Assembly (NCBI GenBank): GCA_002104905.1
Contig: MCFE01000443.1
Coordinates: forward strand, 9,790 to 73,789
Source: Basidiobolus meristosporus CBS 931.73
Taxonomy: Eukaryota; Fungi; Basidiobolomycota
Direction: 5' to 3'
DNA length: 64,000 bases
The position numbers and the translations under genes were made by a program. Positions 26,071 through 41,080 of the stretch are shown one piece after another. The notes beneath the pieces are model-generated. The model searched no databases and was not told where the DNA came from. It saw only the letters and a program-made list of their open reading frames with translations. Position 1 is the stretch's first letter, and every line of letters begins with the position of its first letter.

Positions 26071-28335
26071 TTATTCGAACGCTTTAGAAGTTCTGAAGCA
26101 TCCCACTGACGCACTCCGGGCACAGACAGAACGGCAGCACGACTTCAGTGGGGGTGGCTGCCACCGAGTACCTTTTGGTCGGGGTGGTTTTGGGGATCAG
26201 GTAAAAGTCTCCATGCTCCTCCCCTTTTTGCAGCCTTCTACTCCTCAGTGCTCGCGACGATGGGCTTGGGGGACATGGCGTTTCGGGGACGGCTGCGGAG
26301 TCCAGTGAAGAGTCGTGGCATGTACTAGAGGGGGGCTCTGGGTAGCACATTCCTGCAGGCATAGATAAGCCTCGTTTGCGTCTCGCCTCCCCACGCTTCA
26401 TGAAGTCGTTGCAAGGGCTGCTAGGCACTCGATCGTTATGATTTGCGTTTGGGGCGATTTTGCCCTCGTTTCTCATACGATCGGGGTGGTGGTTTCTCAG
26501 GAAGCTGAGTAGTGTTTCGGAGTTGCGTCGGCTCCTTCTCCTGATTCCTCTTTGGATGAATATGTCCGACGCTTCCCCAGCTACGGGGTTGCTGTCGAAT
26601 ACGGAGCCATCGTCGTTGGAGAGGTTGTGGCGCAACTGAAAGGGGATTGGCTTATCAGCCCAAGAAATCCATGAGTGCGCATTCCAGCCTAGGTTCAGGA
26701 TAAGAGATTTACCTCCTTCATCGGCTTTGATCCTTCGGCAGTGCTAGCCTGCCGAGAGATATGCTCATAGCTCGGGTGGACGGAACCATCTTGGCCGAGC
26801 TCTTCCTGGCTTGGGTATTCGTGTAATATGCTTGGGTTTCTGTACACTCCCTCCTGGGGCGATGCGTAAAGGCGACGTGCATGTTTTAGCGACTAGAGGA
26901 GGGTTGGTTATGCTTGATCTGAATAATGCCAAACCACCGACTTATACTACCTCGATGGCTTTCAAACGCTGTCCGGTCAAGGAGACCCGTCGAGTGGAAT
27001 CGGAGCCAATGATTTCTTCGAATTCGTGATACTGGCCATAGGGTTAGAACAATCTGGACTCGACGAAGATCCATTCATCGTTACCTGTCTGTGGTGGCTG
27101 GACTCCGCGGAGCTAGTAGAGGAAGTCAAAATCGTCTCGTCTGAGCCAGAAACAGAGGGGGTGAACCGGAAATATTCCGCTTTCGGTGAGGCAGGGTTGG
27201 ATTTATCCAGCAGTACCGGGGAATTCGGGAGGGTCGTGGCCAACCCGGATCTGGCACTTTCTCTCGGCCCGCGTTTGCTGAGAAATGGGATGGCGGTGAA
27301 CAGTCTTACCCCCTTGAACTTCCCATTGGAGAAGGGTTTTTGTTCAGCCACCTCAATCCGACTGTGAATCATGCTGATCGGATCGGAGATTCCCGTCAGG
27401 CTCTCTATAATGCAAGGCTTTAGTTGTTGGTTGGTGGTGAACGGCTCTGTGCGACAGGTACCCAGGAGGAAGGTGGGCTCCTGTTTCGAGAGGAGGCTGA
27501 GTCGATTTTTGTCCTTGCAGTTGAACCCTAAATTTTCCTGAGTTCCGGATCAGTACACGGCTGCGAATGGCCTGAACCCACACCCATCCCAATGCCCATA
27601 CCTCCAGTTTCTTCCTCAATTCCATTTTGTCGAAGATCCCTTTGATCTGCTCGTCGAAACTAAATGCGTGTAGAACGTCCTCCAGGTCCACCGAGGATTT
27701 TAGGAGCTGCTTGGCCAGCACTCCGATGCTGTTTAGTAGATACTTGGCGAGGTTCTCCATCATGGTTGTGACGTAGAACGTGACGCTAACACTGAAGCTG
27801 GCCGCCCCGAGGGTGCTGCACAGCAATCTGAACGGCTTCCCACCGTTCTTGGCCCCCAGTGAGCTGCATTGGAGACAGTACGACCTCAGCTGCTCGTAGC
27901 GTCTCTGGACCCGGTTCGCGGAAAGCGTGCTGCATATATGGTCCACGCACGCGGGGTTGTTCCACAGCGCGGAGGTGTAGGAGATAGGCTTCTGGATCTT
28001 GCGAGCTTTGCGCGTCTGCTGGATGATCTCGATGGCCAGACAGGTGCTCGGTAACGCTTTGACCAGGGCGGCGTCCATATCCGCGACGCTGACCGTCCTG
28101 GTCGCCGGCAGGTAGGTCACCAGCGAGTAAAGAAACTCGTCCAAGAACCCGTTGATGGCGAACACCACCTCGTCCGATATCGGTCTGGACCCGATCTGGG
28201 TTAGTATGGCCCTGGCCGACTTCGGGGTCACGTATAGCTCATCTACGAAGAAGCGAAGGGTGGGGTTAGCGAACCGTGGGACGTCCCTCTGACGGGATGT
28301 TTCGGGACCATACCTTTCGAGGAGTACAAGAGCAT
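26071..28335 (-). CDS. Uncharacterised fungal protein with N-terminal tandem histone-fold-like region and disordered C-terminus, multi-exon
   Basis: Exon 1 MLLYSSK (28335-28314), intron 28313-28243, then DELYVTPKSARAIL...INGFLDEFLYSL...VTFYVTTMMENLAKYLLNSIG...VDLEDVLHAFSFDEQIKGIF; later EFEEIIGSDSTRRVSLT motif. 3' exon boundaries partly inferred. Confidence 0.65.
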
Positions 28336-28827
28336 GGGAATGGTGGGTGGTTTGACGCTGTGGGGTCGAAGTGAAGAGCAATCTCTGTCAAAAGAGACTC
28401 CCAACTTGACTAGTGTAATGGGCATCCATGGGGGGATGTCGAATGCTTTTAAATCCCCCAGCCCCTAAACCGTGTCTCGGGGATGAAATGAATCGAGTTC
28501 ATCGAGGGTGGTGACCAGCAGTGCTGAAAGGGCCGATCCCAGTATTGGATTCATGAATTAGAGTTGGCATGACATCTGGTGTTCAGCATGGTCACTGTCA
28601 CATGATCCGTGTTTATTTCAAAAAACCCGTTGGTTTATGTCATAAGATATTATAGGCGTAGAGTTGCACGTATGTGGTGATATGCACGAATGGATAAACA
28701 TGAATAAAAGAATCGCGGTTTCTGTGGCGGTGGGATTTGAAGAGGAACGTCCAACAATATTACATACAATATTCTATAAAGCCACTTGTGGGTGAGCCTT
28801 TGTATTGATCTATTTTCTTGAATATCT

Positions 28828-31218
28828 CTATTTAGCCTGGAAACATCGTATTAGTACCCCGCGAGACATCCAAACACGAATTGATCACATCGACTTACCG
28901 AATCGAGTAGTTGCTGTCTCTGTTCCTTGAGTCTCATGAAGGTTTTGTGATAAGCTCCTAGTGGAGAGCTCTCAATCTCGGTGGTTTGAAGGAAGGTTTT
29001 CTATGGGAATGGAGTTAGTGACACCGATAACTTGCCTGGCCTGAGCACTCATTCACTTACCACTTTGCTCAAATCGTGAGGGCTGAAATCGATGGCATTA
29101 CGTTTGCCCTCAACGAACTTCACATTCTGTTCGATCTTCTCTATTAACTGCTGAGTTTGCTTGACGAATTTCACATTCTTGGATCTCTTGATGTATCTCT
29201 TCAATTGCACAATACCGGGGAGAACCAACTCGGGGAAGGCGATTGATAGAGCGTGTGAGCAATAATAGCTCATAATAAGCTCACCCAACTCTTCAAGGAC
29301 GCCATCTTGATAGACTCTAGTGTGCTCATATGCTTTAGGCACCTTAAGATGGAGCTTGAAGTCGAGTGCTTTGAGGGTAGAAGGTGCAGGCTTCTTCTTC
29401 ATTTCCGAACTCTCAAGCACCTCAAACAGGTGAGGTGCCAAAGGAATGAATGTTCCCGTCTTGCGGCCAAGTTGAATGAGTGCGCGGATAACGTGGAAAC
29501 GAAGAGGGAAGTACTTGTGTGTGGGAATCAACCGAATGGTACCAATTGCTACCTGAACAAGAGGATAGATCAAAGGCTGCAGAGGGCTTTCACCAACCTC
29601 AGCAACGCGGTCAAGATCGCAATATGTACCAAGGACATCGGCCCAGAAAGCGAGGCAGTGCACGAACTGCCAGTTGTATACTGCTTTGTAGGACTCCTTG
29701 CTCTTCAAAGTCATGGAATTTCTCAAGTGGATGGCCAACTGGCGGATGTAGGTAAAGGCATGCTGGTAGGAAGCGTTCAAATCGATACCGTAAACCTCAA
29801 CACCACAGCTGCGCATAAGCTGGATCATAGGAAGAGTGTAGATAGTGGTCGATTGGCAGTTGCGAACAAACGTAAGGTATGTTCCCTTCAAGCACATCTC
29901 CAGATATGGTGATGGGCAAGTGGTGGCGAGCTTGCGAATAGCAAGGAAGGAAACGATTCTGATGCTCTCTTCGGCAGAGCCCCATTGATGAAGCAACGCC
30001 TTCAGGTAGTTCTTAGCTAGCTTAGGGAAGCAAGCAAAGTACAAAAGAGCCTTTTCGGACTCTTGGATCAAGAATTGAACCATGGTTTTCTCAGTCAACT
30101 GCTTAAGAATCATAAGCACAGTGTTGAGGTATGACTTAACGAGAGGCTGAAGTTGCTTCCACTTCTTGTAGGTTGAGGGTAATGGCTTGCGCTTGCCCTC
30201 CGGAACCTCCTTAACGGACAAGTGATGATCAAAGATTTCTACGGAATGCTTCAGAGCTACAATGACAAGCTTGTTGAACACAACATCACTTTGAACCTTG
30301 TAGGCAAACACCTTGTCTTCATCCTGACTGCTGGCAGCAGCACGGAATGCAACCAAGACTTTTTTCAACGAGCGGATGGATTTTTGCTCAACGATGATTT
30401 TCTCCCAGTTGGAGACCATCTCCTTTGTAACAACAATGCCATCTGAATCATCAACTTCCATGGCATCATCCTCATCGCTTCCAGCCTCGTCTTGTTCGCC
30501 GGCCTCCTCTTCCTCTTCCTCATCGTCGTCTTCACTAGCCTCAATTTCGTCGTCGGAGATTTCATCCTCGTCAGAATAATCGAAGTTCAACAGCTCCTTA
30601 TCATTTTCGGCCAAAAACTTATAGAATTCTGGATCCTTCTCGCGCAACGATTCGAGCTCTTGCTTATGCTTGGAAGCGTCTTTTCCAACTTTCTTAAGAC
30701 CGTCTTTACCCTTCTTGACGGGCTCCTCCTGCTCGGAGTCAACTTCTTCATCTCCAACAGCATCAAGCTCATCGAAGTCACTCTGTAATAGTCAAGAACT
30801 TTAACCTCAAACTCGACCACTACACAATAACGAGGCGATGAATACTTACTGCACTTTCATTCTCAGCCTCCTCAAAACCTCCGTTCAAGAAGTCATCGAC
30901 ACTCATATCCTTATAGCTAATAGAATAATTTAGTATGTGGGTGTGGAATTTTCGAGCCGAGAGTGGATTCTACCGTTCGTCAAACTCTTCTTCCTCTTCC
31001 TTTGGAGTGGCTATCAGGAATAGATTAGATCAGGAGGTTCCAATAAATTGGTTCATCAAGATGAATAATATACCGGCAGCATTTTTGGTGCGTTCTTGCT
31101 TACGAGCCTCGCGTTTATCGATTTTAGCCTTGACCTTCTGGGCAGCCTTACGCTTTTGAATGGCGCCCTTCAAGTGATTCTTATTGAATTTTTTGGTAGC
31201 TTTCTTTACTTTGGCCAT
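28828..31218 (-). CDS. NOC2: Nucleolar complex protein Noc2 (60S biogenesis), multi-exon
   Basis: MAKVKKATKKFNKNHL; LESLREKDPEFYKFLAENDKELLNF; YQHAFTYIRQLAIHLRNSM; VYNWQFVHCLAFW; YFPLRFHVIRAL. Confidence 0.96.
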
Positions 31219-31482
31219 TATGAAAAAATATCCACCGGTAAGGAGGGAGAATGAAGCAATCTCTAAGCAATCAATGTTGGTAATATTCTTTGAATCTCTT
31301 TTTTTTTCCAAGACTTGTTTTTTCTTTTTTTTTTCTGGATACCACCTAGTTGAAATTTCTTGTTCTCGTTTAAATTTATCCAATTTCTGGATCAACTTGT
31401 GGCTCAAAAAAGCCGTGACTGGACTTCACTGCGTGTGCTGTCTATCTTTCGTTCACAGGTAACCGAGCTTCTTCTCTTACTG

Positions 31483-33139
31483 ATGAACCAATTCATATTG
31501 TCCCGTGAGCTTGGGTTGGATTCGCCGCAGGTGTTGCGCACGTTCCATCTCTTGAAACAGGTTCATTCAATCGAGTTAAGCCATAACATCGAGGTCAATA
31601 AAAAGCATTTTGGGACGGTGAACTGTTTAGACATAGAGACTGTAGAAGGACGATAGTAAAGTGTTTATCCCTATATATCGAAGCGACCTTTTAAACGCGA
31701 AGACTCAAAGATTGTTCGCGACGTCTATTGATAGTTTGCTTTCGGGTGGGACTGATCGTGCCATATATATCTATGATTTGGAAACTCCCCCGAATGCCCA
31801 TGGAAAAATAAAGATCAGCAGCATTGCCAATATACCAAGGTATTTACTTCAGTGTTCTTCCTACTTGAGAACCCACGTCTGATAGTTTTTGCAAGACAAG
31901 CTAGCCACGGGTATGGAATCAGTGGGATCAGATGGTATCCTTTTGATACCGGGATATTCACCACTTCCTCATTTGACAAAACAGTTAAGGTGTGGGACAC
32001 GAACTCACTGACGGTATGCGCGTGTTTACTGTGCGGCTCTTAACCATCGTTGCCAGATATCAGAATAACCGTTTCTTATTTAGGAGGTTTGTGGTTTTGA
32101 GTTAAATGGAAAGGTTTATTCACACGATATGTCTTCTATTGGCAGCCATTGTCTTATTGCTGGTAATCTTGGTAGACTCTAAAGTCAGTACATGCTAGCA
32201 TATATTAACGGTTAGTCCTTCAGCTGCGGCGTCGGAACCATTCATACGACTATGTGACCTCCGCTCGGGTGCATTTACGCATTCCTTGACGGGGCACAAG
32301 GGATCTGTAATCACCGCCCGGTGGTCTCCTCGAGACGAATATTTACTGGCCTCTGGTGGCGCAGATCACACCATTAGAATATGGGACATACGTAAAGCCA
32401 GAGCATGCTTGATGCAGCTGGATCAGCACAACGCCGGTAGGGGCTAACCTTTCCTTAAGTCCGTTGTCCCCTAAGTGACATTGCTCCTCAGGAAAAGATC
32501 CATTATCCGGAACGAATGTGGCCCACAGTGGGCTAGTGAATGGGCTAACATTCACGCAGGATGGTATGTACTTACTGAGTACGGGTCATGATGAAAAGAT
32601 GCGACTCTGGAATATGAGCACTGGCGAAAACTCTCTGGTACGGAATGCACTATCAGTAATACTTAACTGCAGGTTATTGAAAGGTAGCTTGAACGTAGAC
32701 CAACTATGGACCTCGGATCAGAAACAAGTCGCGAAGCTGTGTGTTGCCCATGATCGTTCCGAGCGACACTTGCTGGCCACCGGTGGTGTTCCACCCCTCA
32801 GACGATCATCGGATATTCATGTTCAATTTGTTCGACGGAGACCTGATCAAAGAGATGACCGGTCATTATGGCCGGGTGGCTTGTGCGGCATGGAGGATGA
32901 ACTCTGAGGTGTGTTTGATAGGACTTCGAGTGTATGTTACCAAACTAAACAGTCGTAGGAGTTTTACAGCGGTGGCTCAGACCATGAGATTCTCGCCTGG
33001 AGCCCGTTCACAAGCGAGGTGGTTGAGACAAAGCGAAGTGTATGTATCCAAATCCATCTTTCCTATTGCCTGACTAACGTAAAACGTCGCGAAACAGAAA
33101 GAAGTTGACACATGGAGTGATGATGACGATACTGAGTAA
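31483..33139 (+). CDS. RAD28: WD40 DNA excision repair protein Rad28/ERCC8 (CSA), multi-exon
   Basis: [77 protein letters not shown], acidic C-terminus [10 protein letters not shown]. Confidence 0.9.
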
Positions 33140-33614
33140 AAGGGATTTGGCAATGATTGCTTCACTCCTGCCCAAGTCGTTATGACCTCATCCACCCATA
33201 AGTGGTTCGGGCTATTAACCTAGATCACAAAATAGTCCGCCTGTCAAGTGATTAGTCACCTTTTTCATATTCGAGCAATATTCGAGCGATATTCTCAACG
33301 ATTCGAGAAGGGCGGCGCAATAAACCACATGTGACTTTGCAATGAATGCTCTCATAATGACCTTTTTCTGGAATCATCATCTGTGAATCACCGAGCGTAG
33401 AACTCAGCGGGTGAATATGAGGCCGACTGTGTAGACCATCTTTGCCTATTCGGGATATTCGAGCCCTTGCGAAGAAAAAGGTATAAGAGTCGGGCTGGTC
33501 ATGTTCCCCGCTACTTGATGTTTTTCTACCACCTTGTCTATCTACCCTGCACTGTGCACGAAGTGTTTTCGGAGTTTCCATAAGGATCTAGCGCTCGCTG
33601 TAATATTGGTCATC

Positions 33615-33965
33615 ATGTCCAAATCGATCATCGAACTATCCACTGCACCAAACACTCCTCCTACCGGGCTCCATCATATCTTCGCGCTACTTTACTTCCT
33701 TTACTATTGTGTCATATGTTGCATCATATGGTACACAACCATACATACAGTTGACTTGGGATCAACGCAGCTTCAGGCCTATCCTAGAGTCTGTCAATTG
33801 CGAAGCGGTACAAGGACCAGAAGCTACGCCAACCTTGAGTCATGTTTAGCCAGTAGACCAAGTAAGCGCTTGCGCTCTTCAAAGATTGTACGTTTCAGCA
33901 GATTCCAAAGGGTTTTTGACACCTACTCACCTGAGGAGTATGATCGGAGCCCTGCTATTTGCTAA
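33615..33965 (+). CDS. Small protein (116 aa) with hydrophobic segment and C-terminal PP1-docking-like motif
   Basis: IFALLYFLYYCVICCIIWY then KIVRFSRFQRVFDTYSPEEYDRSP, resembling the RVxF...T-Y-S-x-x-E/D-Y-D-R motif of neurabin/spinophilin and fungal Bni4. Confidence 0.6.
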   Translation: MSKSIIELSTAPNTPPTGLHHIFALLYFLYYCVICCIIWYTTIHTVDLGSTQLQAYPRVCQLRSGTRTRSYANLESCLASRPSKRLRSSKIVRFSRFQRVFDTYSPEEYDRSPAIC

Positions 33966-34396
33966 ATGACTGTCATGCTCTGTATATACATACATCATTC
34001 CCTGTATATAAGCCAATAAAACCGACGATTATCACAATCATGATCATTGCCCAGCTGGTGAAACACGGATGGCAAGAGATGATGTCTAACCCTACGGTGT
34101 AACCGGCAAACCGGCACAGATAAAGCTGTTTCGAAGCAGGTTGACATTTGGGGCTGGTGGGAACAAACCAGTCTAGCATCAGGCATGGTTAATATAATGA
34201 CAGATCTTGACACAACCCTCCAGCAACGAAACAGCTAGTAGGTGTATATATGTATGTATGTATGTATATATATGTTGATGTTTATTTAACAACCGAAGGT
34301 ATTGATGTAGCTCGAGTGGAATGGAAAGGTATAGACGAAATAAACAAAGGTAGAAATGCCATTAGGGATGAACTAGTAAGTGACGACCAAGAAAGA

Positions 34397-35744
34397 CTAC
34401 GATGACTCGCAGCTGTTAGGTTGCTCGGAGTCCAGAAATGCACCGCATGCTCTGCAAATTCAACCACTTAGTTTCATCCACTCTTACCCGAGGAGATTGG
34501 AAAAATGTACATACCCAAAGAACCCTTCATGCTGCAAGAAGAGCGCCTTCATTTCCCCACCCGACCAAAAGTGGATAGCTTTCGACAGGTATTTCATAGC
34601 AATCTTGTTCGTTCTCAAGAAGTTCCCGGCGAAGTAGATGTTCTTCAAACCTTGAAGCCGTGCGTTAAGGTAGGCGATTTGTCCCACATTGTTGGTCACC
34701 ATGTATAGCAGGGCTTTGCAAACATCCGCCTCCTTTACGTTTTCTTTGTACGAGTCGCCCATGACCAACTTCCCGAAGAAGCTGGCAGTCATGTTGGCAT
34801 CCAGACCTAGAGATTCATACGATCCTCCATAAATATCCCTAAGCAGCGATATGCATTGATCAGTAACAATCGGGCAATAACCATCAATTACCTCAACCTA
34901 CCCCACTGTCATATTACACGAATTGTCGTCACCCTTGACGGCTTCTTCGAGAGTGGCGCTGAAATCCTTGGCCTGTGTCAGCAATCTGCACAAGCCATAG
35001 TACGTTCCACCGCCAATACCACTTCCAGAGACTCTCTCAAAATCGTCCCAGTTTGACACCTTTAGGATCGACACGCCAGTTCCTACGTTGACCAACAAGT
35101 ATGGAAACATGTCCTCACGCACATCGCATATAGCCTTCTCCTCGTCCTTATCGTCTTCTGGGTTTGCGAAGTAGTACACCTCGTCTGGAACATTCTTTAG
35201 TAAGAAATTGAGGCCATGAATCAAGCAGTGCATCTCATCCTTCTTCTTGATTATACACCCGAGCTCCTCCTTCACCAGCTCAGCAAACTTGAAGGCCCCG
35301 CCACCTGTAACCGAGATGTTCTTAACTCCTGAGAGTATATTTTGTGCCTTGATCAGCTTAATGGCTTGACGCATCCGGTTGGTTTCGAAGAGGATGAAAT
35401 GAAGCTTGGCTTTGGGGAGTGATACGGTGAGCTTCTCGTCTCTTTGTCCCGTCGACCCGTATGTGGTGGAGGAGAGAACGAAGTCGCGAACTTTAGAGAT
35501 GGCAGGATCGTTCTCCGGCTCGTAGAACATAACTGAGGGGAAAAGTCGAGCTTAGTGAATTGTCAGAAATGCGCACACAACCAGATATCAGCAGCTTACT
35601 TTTGGCCAAGGTTCCGCCAACGTCGGCACCTAAAAGAAGAAAGATGGGGAACGAGTCGGTTAGTGCGATTTCACACGTGTCGCCGAACAACAAACACTCA
35701 CCAAAGTAACCGTGCTTCTTGATATCAAAGTGGGAAACGGTCAT
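34397..35744 (-). CDS. CAB1: Type II (eukaryotic) pantothenate kinase, multi-exon
   Basis: GADVGGTLAK, VTGGGAFKF, EMHCLIHGLNFL, FPYLLVNVGTGVSILKV, ERVSGSGIGGGT, IYFAGNFLR, ALFLQHEGFFGACGAFL. Confidence 0.93.
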
Positions 35745-36785
35745 CGCACAGAAACGGAATCGAAGGTAGAATAGTTTAGGTGAGTGTGGTGGGGAAGTTA
35801 TTTACTCGGCTGGTAAATGTGAACACCGAAGTTGCCCAAAGCAATTCTTGTAGAAGTCCGCAGTTCAAGGCAAACCATGAAATCGAGCGCATCCATTTGG
35901 CATTTATTATTCAACAAATGGATACCCCAGATCCATCGATCTGATCTCCCTGGGTGGAAGTAGGGTGGACCAACGAATGCCGTTGGCACATATATCTTGA
36001 CTAATCTTGAATTACACTCACACACACTCAGTTGTTCCGAGATGACAGATCAAATCTGGAGAGGGAAATTCGTTCCCTAAGCAAATGCATGTAAAATGAA
36101 GCTCTGACCCCGAAACTTTTTTGAAACCATTCGGCATCCCGATCTATTGGCCACAGGCTTGCCCTATTGGAAGTGCGCATAGTGCCACAACCAAGCATTT
36201 AATCTACCCATTCTCTTATCGACTTATCCATAACTCTAATTTCAACCTTGAGCCGTCGGTTCTTACCATACTTTCATGCCCTCTTGATAAGCAAGCAAAA
36301 ATTGGTACACTTTCGTCGCATTGATTGGACTCACACGCTGGTCTAGAAGCCTGCCCACTTGGTTTGAAGAAATTGGGTCAATCTTCAAGCGCTTGGCTCA
36401 ATCAGAAGTGCGCATGCCCATCACACGATAGAGATTGATTGGATGTCCTTGCAAGCTCGCTCAACAAGGAAACATGGAACCAATGTACAGGGATTATACT
36501 CATCGGTCAACACAAACGAGATCATGTGGCTGCTTAATTTAAGCAATCTCACGAGGGAACCGTGTGTACGGTGGAGAAATGCCGGAATTGGTCAGGATTT
36601 CGATATTCTACTGGACATAGTTGACGATCAAAAAAATGTTCATTTATTTCGCGAAAAAAACATCTTTTAGAAAAATAAACAGGAGATAAAGGTGAACATA
36701 AAGTATGGCTACTTTATATGGAGGGGCAGAGGACTAGGTGACAATGGATGGTTTACGACGGAAGAGGGCGAGTCTACATGGCAAT

Positions 36786-38911
<2,126 letters not shown>

Positions 38912-39528
38912 TCAAACTGAACAATACCCCTCCGAACGGGGCCCACAATCCCATGGGAAAAAAGGGACCCAAAGTGGAAAAAAATTTCCTCTTTCACCTG
39001 GAAAATCACGCGGTTTTTCTGGCGATCCCCCTGGCCGGCAAGGCCATTGGCCCTTTCCAGATGGATTACCACTTTTTTTTCAGTGCTGATCAAAGTTTTT
39101 CATGCACATCAACACTTTTTCTCGCTTTTTGCACCCGATTTTGCTAAAATTTGCGTTGACCCATGAAATTCACAGTCAACTAATCGAATACCACAACAAA
39201 TCAATCAGCATCATCATCATCATCAGCATCAGCATCGGCATCGGCAACAACATCAACATCAGTGAATACTTTGTGAATGCTTTATTAATGTTAATATGAA
39301 ATGTCTCAAAGTGTGTTCTAATCAGTACGCGATACACTCGCAACAACACTTGGTTCGTGTATGTATATACAGGTCAATGTTCCAATATCTGGGTACGTTG
39401 CATGGTGGGTTGGTGGTTGCCAATATAGGTCATGGCACTGGAAGGTCATACAGGGCTGTGATCCAAGCTTCGTCTCTGGTCAACAGTAGGTTCCATTCCC
39501 TCGACCTTCGTTTTCGGCTCGCCTGTGC

Positions 39529-40686
39529 TCAGCGTTTGTATCCCCGCTCGAAGGAGAGGCTTCCATATGATTTAAGGTGGGTTTGATTGGCGAAGGTTAC
39601 CCCAAGCGTTTGGAAAGCGCTGGGTGTCCAGGCTAACTGGCGCAGTTGCTGGGCGCTTGAGAACTGCGATAATCTTGAGGCGAGAGACTGGGAGTGGGGT
39701 TTCTCGTGAACTAGCAGCGAGCTCAACAATGCAGGAATATGGTTCTGGTTGTACACCACCGCTTCCGTACAGCAGCCATTCGGAAGCTCCGAAGCACCTG
39801 TGCTGACCGGGAATATATTTTGTCGTCCAATGCTCCAGGGGATTAAGCATATCAGCAGAACTAGGCTGATGGTGAGGAAAGTATGGTAGTCCACGTATTC
39901 CGGCAGGAAGGAGTTCAGTAGCCACCTGAACAATAATACTGAGGCTGCGATGTACATCAAAACCCAAAGCGAGTCACGTAGATGAAACCCTAATAGCTCT
40001 TCCGAGTAAAACATTCTCATATACAGCCAGTCGTCACGATAGTTCACACTTGCCAATGCCAACTCCAGTTGACGAAACCAATCGCGCGTGGCCACCACAT
40101 CACGTAGTATAAGCGTGTACATCGGACGCTTCGCATCACAGTACTGGAGAATATGCGCATACTCAAATATCTCCTTGGTGTTTCGGTTGTATTCTAGCCC
40201 ATTCACAGGCTCCGCCCAGTTTTCCAGGCGCACTATTTTTTGGTAGCCTTGCTCTGGGTACACCAGCACTGAATTAACTAGATGAGAATATCCCTTTGTG
40301 GCCTCAAGGTGTGCGTTAGACTCGGTTTTGGGTAAGAACAGAGTGACGTGTATGCGGGACCTGTCTTCGGCATTGAAGGTGTCGAATAGGGAGCCAACGG
40401 TTATTTCAGTGGATTTGAGGAAATCCTGAGAATGGTTGGAAGGAAGTATCCCGATGCATACATCCAGCCCGTGTGGGTTTGTCTCAAATACCGGCGGAGT
40501 GTTCCGCGGCGGAAGATTCTGAATATATTGTTCAGCCTCCTGAACCCGTCTGGGGCCTCTGGACCAGTTCAGTTGCTTGGGCCCAAAGCTAGAGAAAGAG
40601 ACATCTGCGTACAGGTAGCTAACGGCCAAGAAAGAAAATAGATAGAGAAAAACCAGAGGAAATACAAGTAGAAGCACACTCTTCAT
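39529..40686 (-). CDS. Intronless PGAP4/TMEM246-like GT-A glycosyltransferase (three-TM topology)
   Basis: N-terminal TM, VCIGI...VGSLFD, EYAHILQYC, WLYMRMFYSEELLGF, internal TM hairpin, GCCTEAVVY. Confidence 0.65.
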   Translation of the reverse strand: MKSVLLLVFPLVFLYLFSFLAVSYLYADVSFSSFGPKQLNWSRGPRRVQEAEQYIQNLPPRNTPPVFETNPHGLDVCIGILPSNHSQDFLKSTEITVGSLFDTFNAEDRSRIHVTLFLPKTESNAHLEATKGYSHLVNSVLVYPEQGYQKIVRLENWAEPVNGLEYNRNTKEIFEYAHILQYCDAKRPMYTLILRDVVATRDWFRQLELALASVNYRDDWLYMRMFYSEELLGFHLRDSLWVLMYIAASVLLFRWLLNSFLPEYVDYHTFLTISLVLLICLIPWSIGRQNIFPVSTGASELPNGCCTEAVVYNQNHIPALLSSLLVHEKPHSQSLASRLSQFSSAQQLRQLAWTPSAFQTLGVTFANQTHLKSYGSLSFERGYKR

Positions 40687-41012
40687 TCTGCCCAGTTTTG
40701 CCTTCCAAGGTTAAGAAAGGAGAAGAAAAACAACACCCGGTTAAATCGAGTCAACCATAGAGGTGTGAATCCAGGGTCAAGGAGATAAATATACAAATAG
40801 AAATAGATAACTATTGATTTCACCTACATGGATTGGTGATCAAAATGGAACTTATTGATTGCATGGCCATTTATCCCCGGAAAAAGCTCCGCCTAGAAAC
40901 ACTGGCGGAACCGAACTCCGATTATCCAGCGTGGTTTTACTGATATGAGCCTCGAGAGATCAGCGTTGCGATATCCGCGCGGTACATCGATTGCATTCTG
41001 CCCAGATGCTTG

Positions 41013-41080
41013 ATGTAGTGAATGGTCCTCTGTATAACATGTATTATGTAGAATGAATGGTTCTCTGTATCACATGTATT
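41013..41080 (+). repeat. Imperfect 33-35-bp tandem duplication
   Basis: ATGTAGTGAATGGTCCTCTGTATAACATGTATT / ATGTAGAATGAATGGTTCTCTGTATCACATGTATT. Confidence 0.8.

Noticed and set aside
33700-34200. Multi-exon minus-strand gene suggested by several GT(A/G)(T/A)GT donors and the ORF MLDWFVPT...
   Set aside because: Could not be assembled into a coherent protein, and it overlaps the better-supported plus-strand PP1-motif ORF.
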